Positions 37,834 to 47,602 of a stretch of DNA of 64,000 nucleotides are shown piece after piece. The stretch covers positions 64,001 through 128,000 of the IMG/VR virus record IMGVR_UViG_3300032315_000774. One strand, 5' to 3'. The notes beneath the pieces are model-generated. The model had not been told where the DNA came from. It ran no database searches and saw only the letters and a list, made by a program, of their open reading frames with translations. Each line of letters starts with the position of its first letter. Position 1 is the stretch's first letter. The stretch is from a virus. A program made the position numbers and the translations under genes.

Positions 37834-38020
37834 CGGTGATCAGCCCCTCGACTACGTCCTGCAGTCGAGCGTATCCTTCGAGACGCTTGCGCTTCGCGTC
37901 TTCCAGCTCGGCGAGCACACCCGAGAGCGGTGAGTCCATCGGCGGGACGAACACAGCGGCAGCGGCGAGTGACGCGGTCGTGTCGAGAGACATGACGGCG
38001 TCGATCAACTCCTTCTTCAT
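37823..38020 (-). CDS. Small hypothetical protein
   Basis: GGAGG RBS, ATGA overlap. Confidence 0.6.
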   Translation of the reverse strand: MKKELIDAVMSLDTTASLAAAAVFVPPMDSPLSGVLAELEDAKRKRLEGYARLQDVVEGLITDEG

Positions 38021-38244
38021 GGCTTCTTCCTCCCAAGGACGTCAGCCAGCTTCTTGAGAGCGTCCGCGTTCGAGTTTTCAGACTGCGTCAGGTCGATGAG
38101 AACCTTGAGCAGCAAACGCTCCATCCGCGCTGACCGACGCAACGTATAGACGCCGAGGGCGCCAAGCGCAACGAACTGAACGGCACACACGACCGCCAAC
38201 GGACCATGAGCAACGATTGCCGCTGTCAAGTCACTGACGTTCAC
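38017..38244 (-). CDS. Single-TM membrane protein (holin/antiholin-like)
   Basis: AGGAGG RBS, GTGA overlap; GPLAVVCAVQFVALGALGVY TM followed by a coiled coil. Confidence 0.6.
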   Translation of the reverse strand: MNVSDLTAAIVAHGPLAVVCAVQFVALGALGVYTLRRSARMERLLLKVLIDLTQSENSNADALKKLADVLGRKKP

Positions 38245-38684
38245 TGTGCACCTCCTAGCGCTGAAATGAGCGCAGCTGTCCCTAGCGTCGTAGCTGCGAC
38301 TCCAATCGCAAACCACAGGACAGGGCTAGACCAGACGCTATCGCGTTGCGCGCGAAGCTCAAGCGTCTCAGTTCGGTAAAGTTCCAGCATTTGTTGCTGG
38401 TTCTGCACGGTTACGGAACTCAGTGCAAGAGCCTTTGAGGAAGACTCCACGAGCGCAAGGGCATCCTTGCGTAGGTCTTCTGCGGCTGCGACAGCGCGTC
38501 GCGCCTGCGGCAGGCAGGTCTGCGTCACGAACAGCAGGCGCTCAGCTTGCTCGGTGGGGAAGAAGACGCCCTGTGCACCTTGGATGGTCGTCGCACGCGG
38601 CGTGAGCGTCACGGACGGCGTGAGGCAGTCGTCGGCGAACGCAGCGCTACAAGCGCATGCCAGAGAAACGACGCTCGATCTCAT
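38241..38684 (-). CDS. Exported coiled-coil protein with a C-terminal TM (spanin-like)
   Basis: Short signal-like N-terminus with SLAC/AFA; C-terminal WSSPVLWFAIGVAA TM; overlaps the 3' end of the upstream gene by 38 nt. Confidence 0.55.
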   Translation of the reverse strand: MRSSVVSLACACSAAFADDCLTPSVTLTPRATTIQGAQGVFFPTEQAERLLFVTQTCLPQARRAVAAAEDLRKDALALVESSSKALALSSVTVQNQQQMLELYRTETLELRAQRDSVWSSPVLWFAIGVAATTLGTAALISALGGAQ

Positions 38685-38970
38685 CAGCCGAAAGACCCAG
38701 ACGTTCGTACGATGACTGCAGCTTCGCGCGCTCAGCTTCGAAGCGAGCTGCGCTCTCATGAAGTTGAGCAGAATCCACACGTGCGTCGGCAGCGGCACGC
38801 TCGTACTCGGCTCGGAGCTTGTCGAGGCGTTGCTTCGCCATGCCCTCGAAGCCGTCTGCAAGCACGCGACGAGAGTCGTCACCACGACCCCGCGCAGCCA
38901 GCCACACGGCCACGACGATGGCGAGAACGAGCGCGCCGCCTGCGACAACAAAGCGCCAGGCATCACGCAT
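38647..38970 (-). CDS. i-spanin-like protein
   Basis: N-terminal TM followed by a charged coiled coil. Confidence 0.55.
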   Translation of the reverse strand: MRDAWRFVVAGGALVLAIVVAVWLAARGRGDDSRRVLADGFEGMAKQRLDKLRAEYERAAADARVDSAQLHESAARFEAERAKLQSSYERLGLSADEIERRFSGMRL

Positions 38971-39313
38971 GGTCCTGACCGCGCAGCTTCCGCCACGCGC
39001 CTCGCACGAGCTTGCCCAGCGTCTCCCAGCCGCCGACCGCAACGACACCGACCGAGAACCCCGTCACGAGCATCGTCGACCACGACTCACCGCGCTGAAG
39101 CCCGAGCCCGATGGAGGTGAGCATCGACATGCCGATCGTCGCCCACGGCACGTACTCCGCAGGCAGCTTCGGCGCGAGCTGACGCGCGAACACCATGACC
39201 AGCGTGAGCGCGAGCCCGCTGACCATACGCCAGTCTCCGTCACGGAAGGCGTTGCTCAGCGTGCTCAGGATCGTTGGAAGTAGAGCGGGGTCCAAGAGCG
39301 CTGTCTCGTCCAT
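38963..39313 (-). CDS. Holin-like multi-TM protein
   Basis: Three hydrophobic segments, basic C-terminus, GAGGAG RBS. Confidence 0.65.
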   Translation of the reverse strand: MDETALLDPALLPTILSTLSNAFRDGDWRMVSGLALTLVMVFARQLAPKLPAEYVPWATIGMSMLTSIGLGLQRGESWSTMLVTGFSVGVVAVGGWETLGKLVRGAWRKLRGQDHA

Positions 39314-39322
39314 GACGTCTCC

Positions 39323-39697
39323 TCACGCGCCTGGGTGCGCGATGCCGGTGAACACGAGACGAACGGTGGCGGCAGCACCACCACCGTTCGACACGAGCAC
39401 ACCGAACTGCGGTTGCGGAACTGGAAGAGCTGCAGGGTTCGAGGGCACCGTCTGCGGAACGCTTGGAAAGACGACCGCATCGTTGCTGTAGACGAGGTCA
39501 GCGGCCAGGCGTCCGGTCACCGTCGTCGATGAACCGAGCGCCTGGCCGTTGATCTGCGGAGCGAAGGTCGCGGTGACAGGCTGCTGCGATACGGCGAACA
39601 CGGACATCTTCTCGACGCCTGCGCGAAGAGGAGGTTGCACGAGCTGGCTTGCGCTTGCAGCCAACGTCACGGTCGCTTCGTATCGGTAGCCTTCCAT
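39323..39697 (-). CDS. Hypothetical virion protein
   Basis: AAGGAG RBS; beta-rich. Confidence 0.65.
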   Translation of the reverse strand: MEGYRYEATVTLAASASQLVQPPLRAGVEKMSVFAVSQQPVTATFAPQINGQALGSSTTVTGRLAADLVYSNDAVVFPSVPQTVPSNPAALPVPQPQFGVLVSNGGGAAATVRLVFTGIAHPGA

Positions 39698-39700
39698 GAC

Positions 39701-40636
39701 TCACTCCTTCGACTGCAGCTTCTTGTTCGCCCACGCCTTCACGGCGGCGTAGGAAGCGGTGTTGCGGATCTCTTCGAGCGACCGCGTCGACAGGTCGCCC
39801 AGCAGCTCGAACTTGCGCAGCGTGTCCTCTGCGCTCAGACGGTCGGGCACGCCCACGGCGGACTCCGCCAAGATCGTGGCCACGCGCGGGTGGATCGGCA
39901 GCGGCTGGATCTTCTCGTTCTTGACGTCACGAACCGTCGGGTCGCTCTGCGCGGCCTGACGACCGTCCGTCGACACGCCTGCGAGTTCGAGCGCGCTCTT
40001 CGGTGGAGAGAACACCACGTTGCCGTTCGCGTCGCGCTCGATCGGGCTCGTGCCTGCAGACTGCAGACGATCGCGACGACGCCGGTTCTCGGCGTCCTCG
40101 ATCGCGGCCTCGATGTCGGGCGTGCCGTCGACGGTGACGAGCCCCTTCGAGACGGCACGATCACGATAGAAGTCGGCGACTTCTGATTGCGTCATCATCT
40201 TCAGGATGCTGGGGCGACGACGCATCACGCGTGTGAAGTCGGTGCTCGCGACGAGCGCGTCGTATGGGATGCGGTCCGTGAGACACACGGGCTCGGGGCC
40301 AGGTGGAACGGACTCGTACTCGAACTCTCCGCCTGGAAGGCGGACGGACAGCGACACGATCGTCTCTCCGAGGTTCATCACCCAGATGGTGCGCGTTGAC
40401 TTGTGCTCTTCGGTGAGAAGTCCGCTGAACGGAGTGCGGATGGTGTCGCTGGTCATGTGCTCGGTCATTTTATCTTCTCCAGGGCGGAACGACGGCAGCT
40501 CGTTGACACCCTCGGGCATGTACAACACACCGTCGATCAACTTCGCGCGCTGATGCTTCAACGCGCGGCGTACGATCGCGGCGTGGACCGTCCCGAGTGT
40601 CACGCCTTCTGCGCTTCTGACCTCGACGTCGTTCAC
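39701..40636 (-). CDS. Hypothetical protein downstream of the major capsid gene
   Basis: Long ORF with phage-like codon usage; an internal start at MTEH is possible. Confidence 0.7.
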   Translation of the reverse strand: MNDVEVRSAEGVTLGTVHAAIVRRALKHQRAKLIDGVLYMPEGVNELPSFRPGEDKMTEHMTSDTIRTPFSGLLTEEHKSTRTIWVMNLGETIVSLSVRLPGGEFEYESVPPGPEPVCLTDRIPYDALVASTDFTRVMRRRPSILKMMTQSEVADFYRDRAVSKGLVTVDGTPDIEAAIEDAENRRRRDRLQSAGTSPIERDANGNVVFSPPKSALELAGVSTDGRQAAQSDPTVRDVKNEKIQPLPIHPRVATILAESAVGVPDRLSAEDTLRKFELLGDLSTRSLEEIRNTASYAAVKAWANKKLQSKE

Positions 40637-40677
40637 GTTCGCCTCGGCTTTGCCGGTGAGGGGTGCATGTTACGAGG

Positions 40678-40712
40678 GAGCGGGCTGCCGTATGCACACC
40701 GGCAGCCCGCTC
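40678..40712 (-). terminator. 13-bp hairpin after the major capsid gene
   Basis: GAGCGGGCTGCCG/CGGCAGCCCGCTC, 7 nt after the stop; no U tract. Confidence 0.6.
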
Positions 40713-40719
40713 ATCAGGA

Positions 40720-42012
40720 TCAGAGCTTCACGCCGCGTGCGACGCTGCGCGGGTTCCCGATGCCGAAGCCGACCATCTCCGCGAACGCCCAGCCCTTCTT
40801 GGTCTGGAAGTTGACGAACATGTTGAAGGGTTCGCTGAACAGCTCGATGCGGATGCCCATCTCGCCGAGGTACTCGGGAGCGGTCACCGCGTAGAAGGTC
40901 CCTGCCGGGATCACTTCTTCGACGCCCGTACCCGCTGCCGTCACGATCATCGCGTTGAGGAAGCTACCGAAGTAGCCCGACACGATGAGTTCGCGCTCGG
41001 TGACCGGGTCGACCTGCGCCGACATCGTCTTGATGACGTCCGACAGCTCGAAGCGGCTGATGAGGAACTTCTCGACCACGAGGCGGTGACGCTCGACCTG
41101 CAGACGCACGTCTTCGAGCGGACCGACACCGAGGGTGCCGTAGCTGATCGTCGTGTTGACCGCCTGCGCTGCGGTGTCGAGGAGCGCCACGCCGCGCTTG
41201 TCTTCCTGCAGCTGGATCTCCTGCCGAGCCGTGTCCTGGCCGCGCGCCAGGATGTCGTAGTTCGACTGGTAGATGTCCGTGATGTCGGCCGTGACGTAGC
41301 TGGTGATCTTGCCCTCGGGCGGCACGATCCAGCGACCCGTGACCTGCGACTCCAGACCCTGGCCGTCCTGACCCACGAAGAACGCCGCTGCGCGAACGTC
41401 CTTCTGGATGCGGAACTGCTCGTTCTGGCCGAGCGGACGGACACGCATGACCTTGCGGATCCAGCCCTCGTAGTCGATCAGGTCCTTGATCGGCTCCAGA
41501 AGCTCCTGACCGAGCACCTGGAACCCTTCGGTGTCACGCATCGCCTGCGCGACGATCTGCATGCGAGCTTCGGCGGTGCGCGCCATCTGCTCACGCGTCG
41601 CGCGACGCTTCAGCGTGTTGACGGCGTCGCCCTGCAGGAGCTGCGCTGCCTTCTGCAACGCCTCCTTCTGCGACGAGGCGTTGATCTGGCCACGTGCGTC
41701 GAACACGCGCTCGCGTGAGTCGAACGCTGCACGTGGGTTGAACGAGCCGCCCTGGTCGAAGTTCTGCTCGTCGGATGCCGAGCGGAAGTTCTGGATGACG
41801 TTCGCGGTGCGCTGACGCGCCTCCGCGAGCGCACGATCCTTCGGCGCGAGTCCCTTCGCCGCCGAGACGTTCAGCTGCTTGTCGCGCTGTGCCGCAGCGG
41901 CCTGCGACATGCCGCGCTGCTTCACGTCCATGTTCGGCTCGGGCATCGATGCAGGTGCGCTGCCTGCGCCCTTGTTCGCCATCAGCTGGCGGTAGCGGGT
42001 GAGTGTCGTCAT
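40720..42012 (-). CDS. Major capsid protein (HK97-like fold)
   Basis: After protease and decoration genes; strong codon bias; PIKDLIDYEGWIRKV, IQLQEDK, GWAFAEMVGFGIGNPRSVA; AGGAG RBS. Confidence 0.88.
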   Translation of the reverse strand: MTTLTRYRQLMANKGAGSAPASMPEPNMDVKQRGMSQAAAAQRDKQLNVSAAKGLAPKDRALAEARQRTANVIQNFRSASDEQNFDQGGSFNPRAAFDSRERVFDARGQINASSQKEALQKAAQLLQGDAVNTLKRRATREQMARTAEARMQIVAQAMRDTEGFQVLGQELLEPIKDLIDYEGWIRKVMRVRPLGQNEQFRIQKDVRAAAFFVGQDGQGLESQVTGRWIVPPEGKITSYVTADITDIYQSNYDILARGQDTARQEIQLQEDKRGVALLDTAAQAVNTTISYGTLGVGPLEDVRLQVERHRLVVEKFLISRFELSDVIKTMSAQVDPVTERELIVSGYFGSFLNAMIVTAAGTGVEEVIPAGTFYAVTAPEYLGEMGIRIELFSEPFNMFVNFQTKKGWAFAEMVGFGIGNPRSVARGVKL

Positions 42013-42047
42013 GTTCTTCTGTCTCCTGTACGTCCGTCAGTTGCTCA

Positions 42048-42815
42048 TCAGATGGTCGGGTTGCCGCCCATGACGATGCCCATCCACGAGAAGCTCGCGG
42101 TCGGCAGCTGCGTCACGCGACCCACGAACTCGGCACCACCACCGCTGATGTTCGAGAACTGACCTTCCGCGTTGCAGTACAGCGCCTGGTTCATCGTGTA
42201 CGTCAGGCCGCCCGTCGCGATGGCTTGGCCGGTCGCGTACTCGATCGTGAAGATCTTCGCCCAGTCCACGATCACGTTGATCTGACCGAACGCGAACGCC
42301 GCGTAGTCGGCAGGCTGCTGCTGGAACAGACGCCCGTCGAAGAGGAAGTCGGCCTCGGTCAGCTGGAAGGTGAACGTCACGTACACCGTTGCGCCGTCGG
42401 GGATCGACGAGCCACCCGCGCGAGCGATCGTGCCGTTCGTCGCGTTGATGGTGTAGTCCGCCGCTGCGTACAGCGTGCCGCCGTAGTTCGGCAGCGAGCG
42501 CACGCTGACGTTCGACACGAGCGGACGCGGAAGCGACGACGCCGTGGTGCCGACGAGCACGACGGGCGCGTCGACGCGCACGCTGTTGCCGTACAGCACC
42601 TTGCCGTACTTCGCGACGCCGTAGACACCGTTGAGGTTCGCCGGGATGAGGTAGTTCGATGCGTTCTTCGACACGAGCTGGCCGGGGCGGATCACTGCGG
42701 CGGGGTCCGCCACGCAGGTGCCGTCGGTGCGCGTGATCGAGCACTGCTCCAGCTTCAGACCCTTCGGGAAGATCTGACCCTGGAAGCTCAGCAGTGTTGG
42801 GTTCAAAGTCGTCAT
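42048..42815 (-). CDS. Capsid decoration/auxiliary protein
   Basis: Between protease and MCP; strong codon bias. Confidence 0.65.
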   Translation of the reverse strand: MTTLNPTLLSFQGQIFPKGLKLEQCSITRTDGTCVADPAAVIRPGQLVSKNASNYLIPANLNGVYGVAKYGKVLYGNSVRVDAPVVLVGTTASSLPRPLVSNVSVRSLPNYGGTLYAAADYTINATNGTIARAGGSSIPDGATVYVTFTFQLTEADFLFDGRLFQQQPADYAAFAFGQINVIVDWAKIFTIEYATGQAIATGGLTYTMNQALYCNAEGQFSNISGGGAEFVGRVTQLPTASFSWMGIVMGGNPTI

Positions 42816-42836
42816 GCTCTGCTCTCCTTCGATGCG

Positions 42837-45242
42837 TCAGCGGACGAGCTGATCTCGCAGCTTCGCTGTCCGCGTGTTGGTGACCGCCGCTCTGAGAGAG
42901 CCGCCGCGATCGAATGTCGACGCCGGTGTCGGCGCGAACATCAGGTTGCCTTCGACAGCTGCCTGACGCAGCGCCAAGTTCGCCGGGGTCGAGAACTCAC
43001 CGAGCGACGCCGCCATCACGATCGGAGCCGCGACGCGTTCCGCACGGCGGCCCATGTCCTTCTCCAGATCGTTGATGTACTCGGCGCTTCGGCTCGCGAG
43101 GTGCCGCGTCTCGGTTTCGAGCTGCGCGACGAAGTCGGTGAGACCCACGTCGACCGCTTCGTGTGCGAGGCGTGCAGCCAGCTGCTCGTTCATGCCGCGA
43201 TACGACACCGGCTCGGCGGTGATCGGATCGTCGTTCAGCACGCGTGCTTCGATGAGCGATGCCATGACCGCTGACTGCAACGTCTCGTTCGAGACGCGCT
43301 TCGCGGCGATGCGGAGCAGGCGGAAGCACGACGCCAGAGCGTCCTTCTCAGCTGCCACCTTCGCCCGCTGCAGCTCGACTTCGGCCTTGCGTGCGCGCTC
43401 TTCGGCTGCGGCGATCTTCGCCTCCGCCAGCTTCTCGATGCGTGCTGCCGCACGGTCCGTTACGCCGCCGTCGTTCACGCGGTCCTTCACCGTGCGCTTC
43501 TCGGGGCGCTCCGTCTGCGCCATGTCGCCGCCGTCGAGCACGCTCTTCGGTGGAGGCTGACGCTCTGCGAAGTCGTGCGCGCCGCCATCGGCGACGTCCT
43601 TCGTCGGCTTGTCGCGCATCGGCCCGTCGGTCTCTCCACCGTCGGCCACGCTCTTCGCCTTCTCGGGCTTCCGCGCAGGACCATCGGTCTGCACGTCGTC
43701 GAGGACCGAGTTCACGCGCTCGTGGTCGTCGTGACCGACCATGTCGTTGAGGCCGCCGCTCGACACCTGCGCGAGGCGTGGCGACCAGAGACCCTTGAAC
43801 TTCGCAGCTGTGGCCACGAGTCCGTCCGCGAACACCGAAGCGAGGACTTCGCGAGCGTACTCGCGAGGCTGCTTCGTCGCGTGCGCCTTGATGAGCAAGA
43901 TCGGTGTGCTGTTCCGATCGAGCACGCGAAGGTTCCCGTGCGTGGAGCCCTGGACCGCGAAGCCCTTGTAGGTCTCCTTCCATGCGGCCTGCTTGCTCGC
44001 GCCTGGTGGCGACGGCATCAGGCCCATGTTGTCGAGCTGCATCTGCTCGGGCGGAACACCAGGTGCAGGTGTGGGTGCAGGTGCAGGCGGTTCACCGGGT
44101 GCAGGCGGAGCACCTGCCGGTGCTTCCGGCACCTGGGACGTGGGTGCGCTCGGTGTCTCGTTCGGTGAGGGCACGATCGTGATCGGTGGGTCGCCAGGCG
44201 ACACCTGAAGGTCGACCGCCTCCTTGGCCTTGGGCGCGGCGGTGCGCGACTTGACGCTGTTCAAAAGAGCCTCCGTCTCTGCAGCGAGTTCCGCTGCTGT
44301 CGGTGTGTGAGAGGCGATGACTTCGATCGATCTCGCCTTCGGATCTGCGGGCACATCCACACGCGACAGCTCTTCGAACGTCACGTTGTTGCAGGACTCG
44401 AACGCCTTGCGAACTTCGAAGCCGTCTTCAGCACGCACACGCATGAAGTCCTGCGCGACGTACTTCAGCCCGCGACTCTCCAGCTCGTGCTGGACAGCGG
44501 CCTCGTTGATGCGCGCCCACTGACCGTTCTTCGATGTCCAGTACGAGCCCTTCGCGCTGCGGATGTGAGGACAGAACTCAGCGCGCGTATACGCGACGTG
44601 GTCGCAGACGTTGCACGTCGTCGACTCGCAGTTACAGCCCATCGACGCTGTGACCAGGATGCCCTGCTCGACAGCTTCGGCGAACCGCTTGTCCTTCTTC
44701 TTGTCGATGCCGACGAGCGCTTCGACGAACTCGTCTTTGACCAGCGTTCCGCACTTCTTGCAGTGCAGGCCCGTGCGATCACGATCTGCACGATCACCAG
44801 TCGGTGACTGGCACGTCGGACACTCTGCCATCGCAGGCGTCTCGGCGTTGTAGTGCACGGCGAGGATGACGCCACGTGCCGCACGCGGGTTGCTCGCGCG
44901 ATGCTGGATATGGTGTGGCTTCTCTTCGTACGTGCGGTAGACCGGCTTGCCGATCAACGTCGAGAACTTCAGCAGCTCATCGACGTGGAACGCGTCGTTG
45001 TTGTCATTCGGAGCGTTCGTCGTGTTCGCACGGATCGCCTCGAAGAAGTAGTCGCTCGGCTCGGCGCTGATCGCGTAGGTCTCGGCGACCTTCGACAAAA
45101 TCGCCTGCACGTCGATGACGCGAGCACCATCCGTCAAGAAGTGGCTGGCGGACTTCGTCTGCTTCGACGCGACGCGAAGCTGACCTTCCTGCGTCTCGGC
45201 CGTCGCCAAGACCGACACACGCGCTTGGCGGTAGAAGGTCAT
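42837..45242 (-). CDS. Prohead protease-scaffold fusion
   Basis: PNDNNDAF, H..H, SMGC..CNVC..CPH, FEELSRV..PADPKA; Pro-rich linker and coiled-coil C-terminus; between portal and MCP. Confidence 0.78.
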   Translation of the reverse strand: MTFYRQARVSVLATAETQEGQLRVASKQTKSASHFLTDGARVIDVQAILSKVAETYAISAEPSDYFFEAIRANTTNAPNDNNDAFHVDELLKFSTLIGKPVYRTYEEKPHHIQHRASNPRAARGVILAVHYNAETPAMAECPTCQSPTGDRADRDRTGLHCKKCGTLVKDEFVEALVGIDKKKDKRFAEAVEQGILVTASMGCNCESTTCNVCDHVAYTRAEFCPHIRSAKGSYWTSKNGQWARINEAAVQHELESRGLKYVAQDFMRVRAEDGFEVRKAFESCNNVTFEELSRVDVPADPKARSIEVIASHTPTAAELAAETEALLNSVKSRTAAPKAKEAVDLQVSPGDPPITIVPSPNETPSAPTSQVPEAPAGAPPAPGEPPAPAPTPAPGVPPEQMQLDNMGLMPSPPGASKQAAWKETYKGFAVQGSTHGNLRVLDRNSTPILLIKAHATKQPREYAREVLASVFADGLVATAAKFKGLWSPRLAQVSSGGLNDMVGHDDHERVNSVLDDVQTDGPARKPEKAKSVADGGETDGPMRDKPTKDVADGGAHDFAERQPPPKSVLDGGDMAQTERPEKRTVKDRVNDGGVTDRAAARIEKLAEAKIAAAEERARKAEVELQRAKVAAEKDALASCFRLLRIAAKRVSNETLQSAVMASLIEARVLNDDPITAEPVSYRGMNEQLAARLAHEAVDVGLTDFVAQLETETRHLASRSAEYINDLEKDMGRRAERVAAPIVMAASLGEFSTPANLALRQAAVEGNLMFAPTPASTFDRGGSLRAAVTNTRTAKLRDQLVR

Positions 45243-45352
45243 GCGACCCTCTTCGGCGACGCGGGCGGCTGCGGCGCAGGAGCAGGTGACGGCGATGGAG
45301 GCAGCTGTACGCTACCGAGCGGTGTCGCCTTGCCGTTCTTCGAAAAGCCCAC
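45239..45352 (-). CDS. Possible 37-aa Pro-rich peptide
   Basis: GTG..TGA frame fills the portal-protease gap, with an ATGA overlap to the protease. Confidence 0.4.
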   Translation of the reverse strand: MGFSKNGKATPLGSVQLPPSPSPAPAPQPPASPKRVA

Positions 45353-45372
45353 GCTCTAGTGTGAGCGCGGGC
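45343..45372 (-). terminator. Rho-independent terminator after the portal gene
   Basis: GCCCGCGCTC-ACACTA-GAGCGTGGGC followed by TTTT. Confidence 0.6.
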
Positions 45373-45379
45373 GTGCAGT

Positions 45380-47599
45380 TCATCCCCGCACCCAGTCGTC
45401 GTCGCGGTCAGACCCTAGGTTTTCGGGAACTTGCTGCGATTGCGCGGGCTTAGCTTGTTCGTTTTTCAGCGTGCGCTGAAGTTGTCGCACATCTCGTGGT
45501 GGCATCCCACGCAGCAAGAGCCAGTCGGTGACCTCTTCGGTCGCAGCGTCAGCATCACCGAGCGCACGGAGGGCACGGAGCGCGTGCTTCGAGCCCTTCT
45601 TCGCGTCTCGCTGCCATTCGGCCACCATGTCGCTCCAGATCGGCGTGGACGGCTTGTAGCCCTCCAGGACGCGCCGTAGGTCGTCGACGGTCTCGGCAGG
45701 CCACGAGGGTGGGGTCGAGCCGCCGTGAGGCGCTGACGCCCCTTCTGCCGCTTCTGGTGGCGGCCCGGGTGGCGCCTCTTCGGGAGGCGGTCCGCCTTCA
45801 TCGGGCATAGGCACCTCGCCACCGCCACCACCGTCCGTGAGGTTCGACGGAAGCGGTGGAAGCATGCCCATGCCACCGCCACCACCGCCACCGCCTTCGC
45901 CTCCACCGCTGAGCATGGCCGCGAGCTGTGGGTTGGCCTGCAGCACCTGTTGGAGCTTCTTCGAGTCCTGCGCGGCCTGTGCGAGTTCCTTCTCGAAGGA
46001 GCGGTTCGCGAGCGACATCTTGGTGGTCGGCGAGAACTTGATCGGCAAGTTGCGCTCCAGAGTCTCGACTGCGTTGATCGTCGACGCATCGATGCTCGGG
46101 TCGAGCGGGTCTTTCCACTCGATGCGCGGCACGATGTAGCGACGGCTCTCGTCGAGTTCACGCTGCGAGCGCTTCACGCGCACGCCATGCGCCAGCTCGG
46201 CCTCGGTCGGCTTGATGAAGCCACGGAGCTGCGAGATCTGCCGAAAGAACTTCGGGAGCAGCCACTGATTCTCGAACATCGAACGCAGCGTGCGCAGCTT
46301 CTTCAAGAACACCTGAAGGCCAGACTGCGCGCTCGCGTACGTGACTTCGCCCCACAGAAACGCCTTCGAAATGCCCATCGCCATCAGCTTCCGCTGGAGC
46401 AGGTACTCGGCGCTCTGGTCGACCTTCCACGCACGCTCTTGTGAGCCGACGAGGTCGAAGTTGATCGCGTAGTGGAAGACGAACCACGAGACCGGGTCCA
46501 TCTCCGTGTTGACGAGCATGTCGAGGACACGCTCTTCTTGTTCGGGTCCAGGAATCCAACCCGTCGCCGCGTCACCGAGCTTCGCGACCTTGACAGGGGC
46601 ACCTGCTCGACGAGACACAGCGATGCTGGTCGTGTACTGCGAGTCCTCGTACATGAAGTCACGCCACATGCGCGACATGATCGACGTGCCGCGTGTGTCG
46701 TTCGGCTGCATACGCCGCGCGATGAACGAGCAGTTGATCGGGCTCAGCGGGATGTTCTGGCCTGACGACAGCGCTTGCTGAACGACCGCAGGGATCATCT
46801 CGCGTGCCCGCTGTGCGTACGGGTTCGTCGACGTCATGATCTGACGGATCTTGTCGTCGGGACGGAACTCGATGATGGGCTCCATCTGGAGGAACGGCGA
46901 GTACACCACCTCCAGCTGGTTTGGGTTGTGGAGCGCGAGATGCGTCCAGATGCCCAGATTGTCGTCCCAGAACGTGTGAGGCGCGACCTCGCCGACGACC
47001 ATGTACTCCTTCGGCATGTACGGCAGGTGCACCAGGAGCTGCGTCGCCTCGACCGAGTCCTCGAACGCTTGCTTGACTTCTCCGTCTACACCTTCACCCG
47101 TCAGCTGGAACTCGCTGAAGACGAGGTCAGCGATCGTGTCGATGCCTGCACCGACGATCGGGTCGAGCTTGTAGAACATGCGCCAGTAGATGTTGGCGAG
47201 GTTGTGGTGCACCGGATAGTTCTGACGGTCCGGTGAGTCGAACTCGGGCATGTACGGGCGCTGCGGTGAAGTCGCTGTACCGAGGCTCGCCATGCCTGAG
47301 TTCGTGGCGAGCGGGTTCGCTGTGCGTGCCTTGAAGTCCGTGGCCTGCTTCGCCTGTGCGAATCCTGAACCTGCACCAGGTCCCAGCGACATGTTCGGCG
47401 GCATGATGCCGTCGAAGAACTTGTCGACGCGTGTGACAGGCGTGCCGACACGTCGTGCGCCCCACGAGTCGAAGCGCTGATGCATCATCTCGATCTGTTG
47501 AGGATACAAGCTGTGCGGCATCGACTCGGATACAGCGCGTGCACGAGATGCTGCTTCGCGCGGGTTCATGTACTTGGGGCCAGGTCCGAAGATCGTCAT
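45380..47599 (-). CDS. Portal protein
   Basis: FYKLDPIVGAGID, RGTSIMSR, VAKLGD, MGISKAFLWGE; Gly/Pro-rich tail; between terminase and protease. Confidence 0.88.
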   Translation of the reverse strand: MTIFGPGPKYMNPREAASRARAVSESMPHSLYPQQIEMMHQRFDSWGARRVGTPVTRVDKFFDGIMPPNMSLGPGAGSGFAQAKQATDFKARTANPLATNSGMASLGTATSPQRPYMPEFDSPDRQNYPVHHNLANIYWRMFYKLDPIVGAGIDTIADLVFSEFQLTGEGVDGEVKQAFEDSVEATQLLVHLPYMPKEYMVVGEVAPHTFWDDNLGIWTHLALHNPNQLEVVYSPFLQMEPIIEFRPDDKIRQIMTSTNPYAQRAREMIPAVVQQALSSGQNIPLSPINCSFIARRMQPNDTRGTSIMSRMWRDFMYEDSQYTTSIAVSRRAGAPVKVAKLGDAATGWIPGPEQEERVLDMLVNTEMDPVSWFVFHYAINFDLVGSQERAWKVDQSAEYLLQRKLMAMGISKAFLWGEVTYASAQSGLQVFLKKLRTLRSMFENQWLLPKFFRQISQLRGFIKPTEAELAHGVRVKRSQRELDESRRYIVPRIEWKDPLDPSIDASTINAVETLERNLPIKFSPTTKMSLANRSFEKELAQAAQDSKKLQQVLQANPQLAAMLSGGGEGGGGGGGGMGMLPPLPSNLTDGGGGGEVPMPDEGGPPPEEAPPGPPPEAAEGASAPHGGSTPPSWPAETVDDLRRVLEGYKPSTPIWSDMVAEWQRDAKKGSKHALRALRALGDADAATEEVTDWLLLRGMPPRDVRQLQRTLKNEQAKPAQSQQVPENLGSDRDDDWVRG

Positions 47600-47602
47600 C
47601 TG

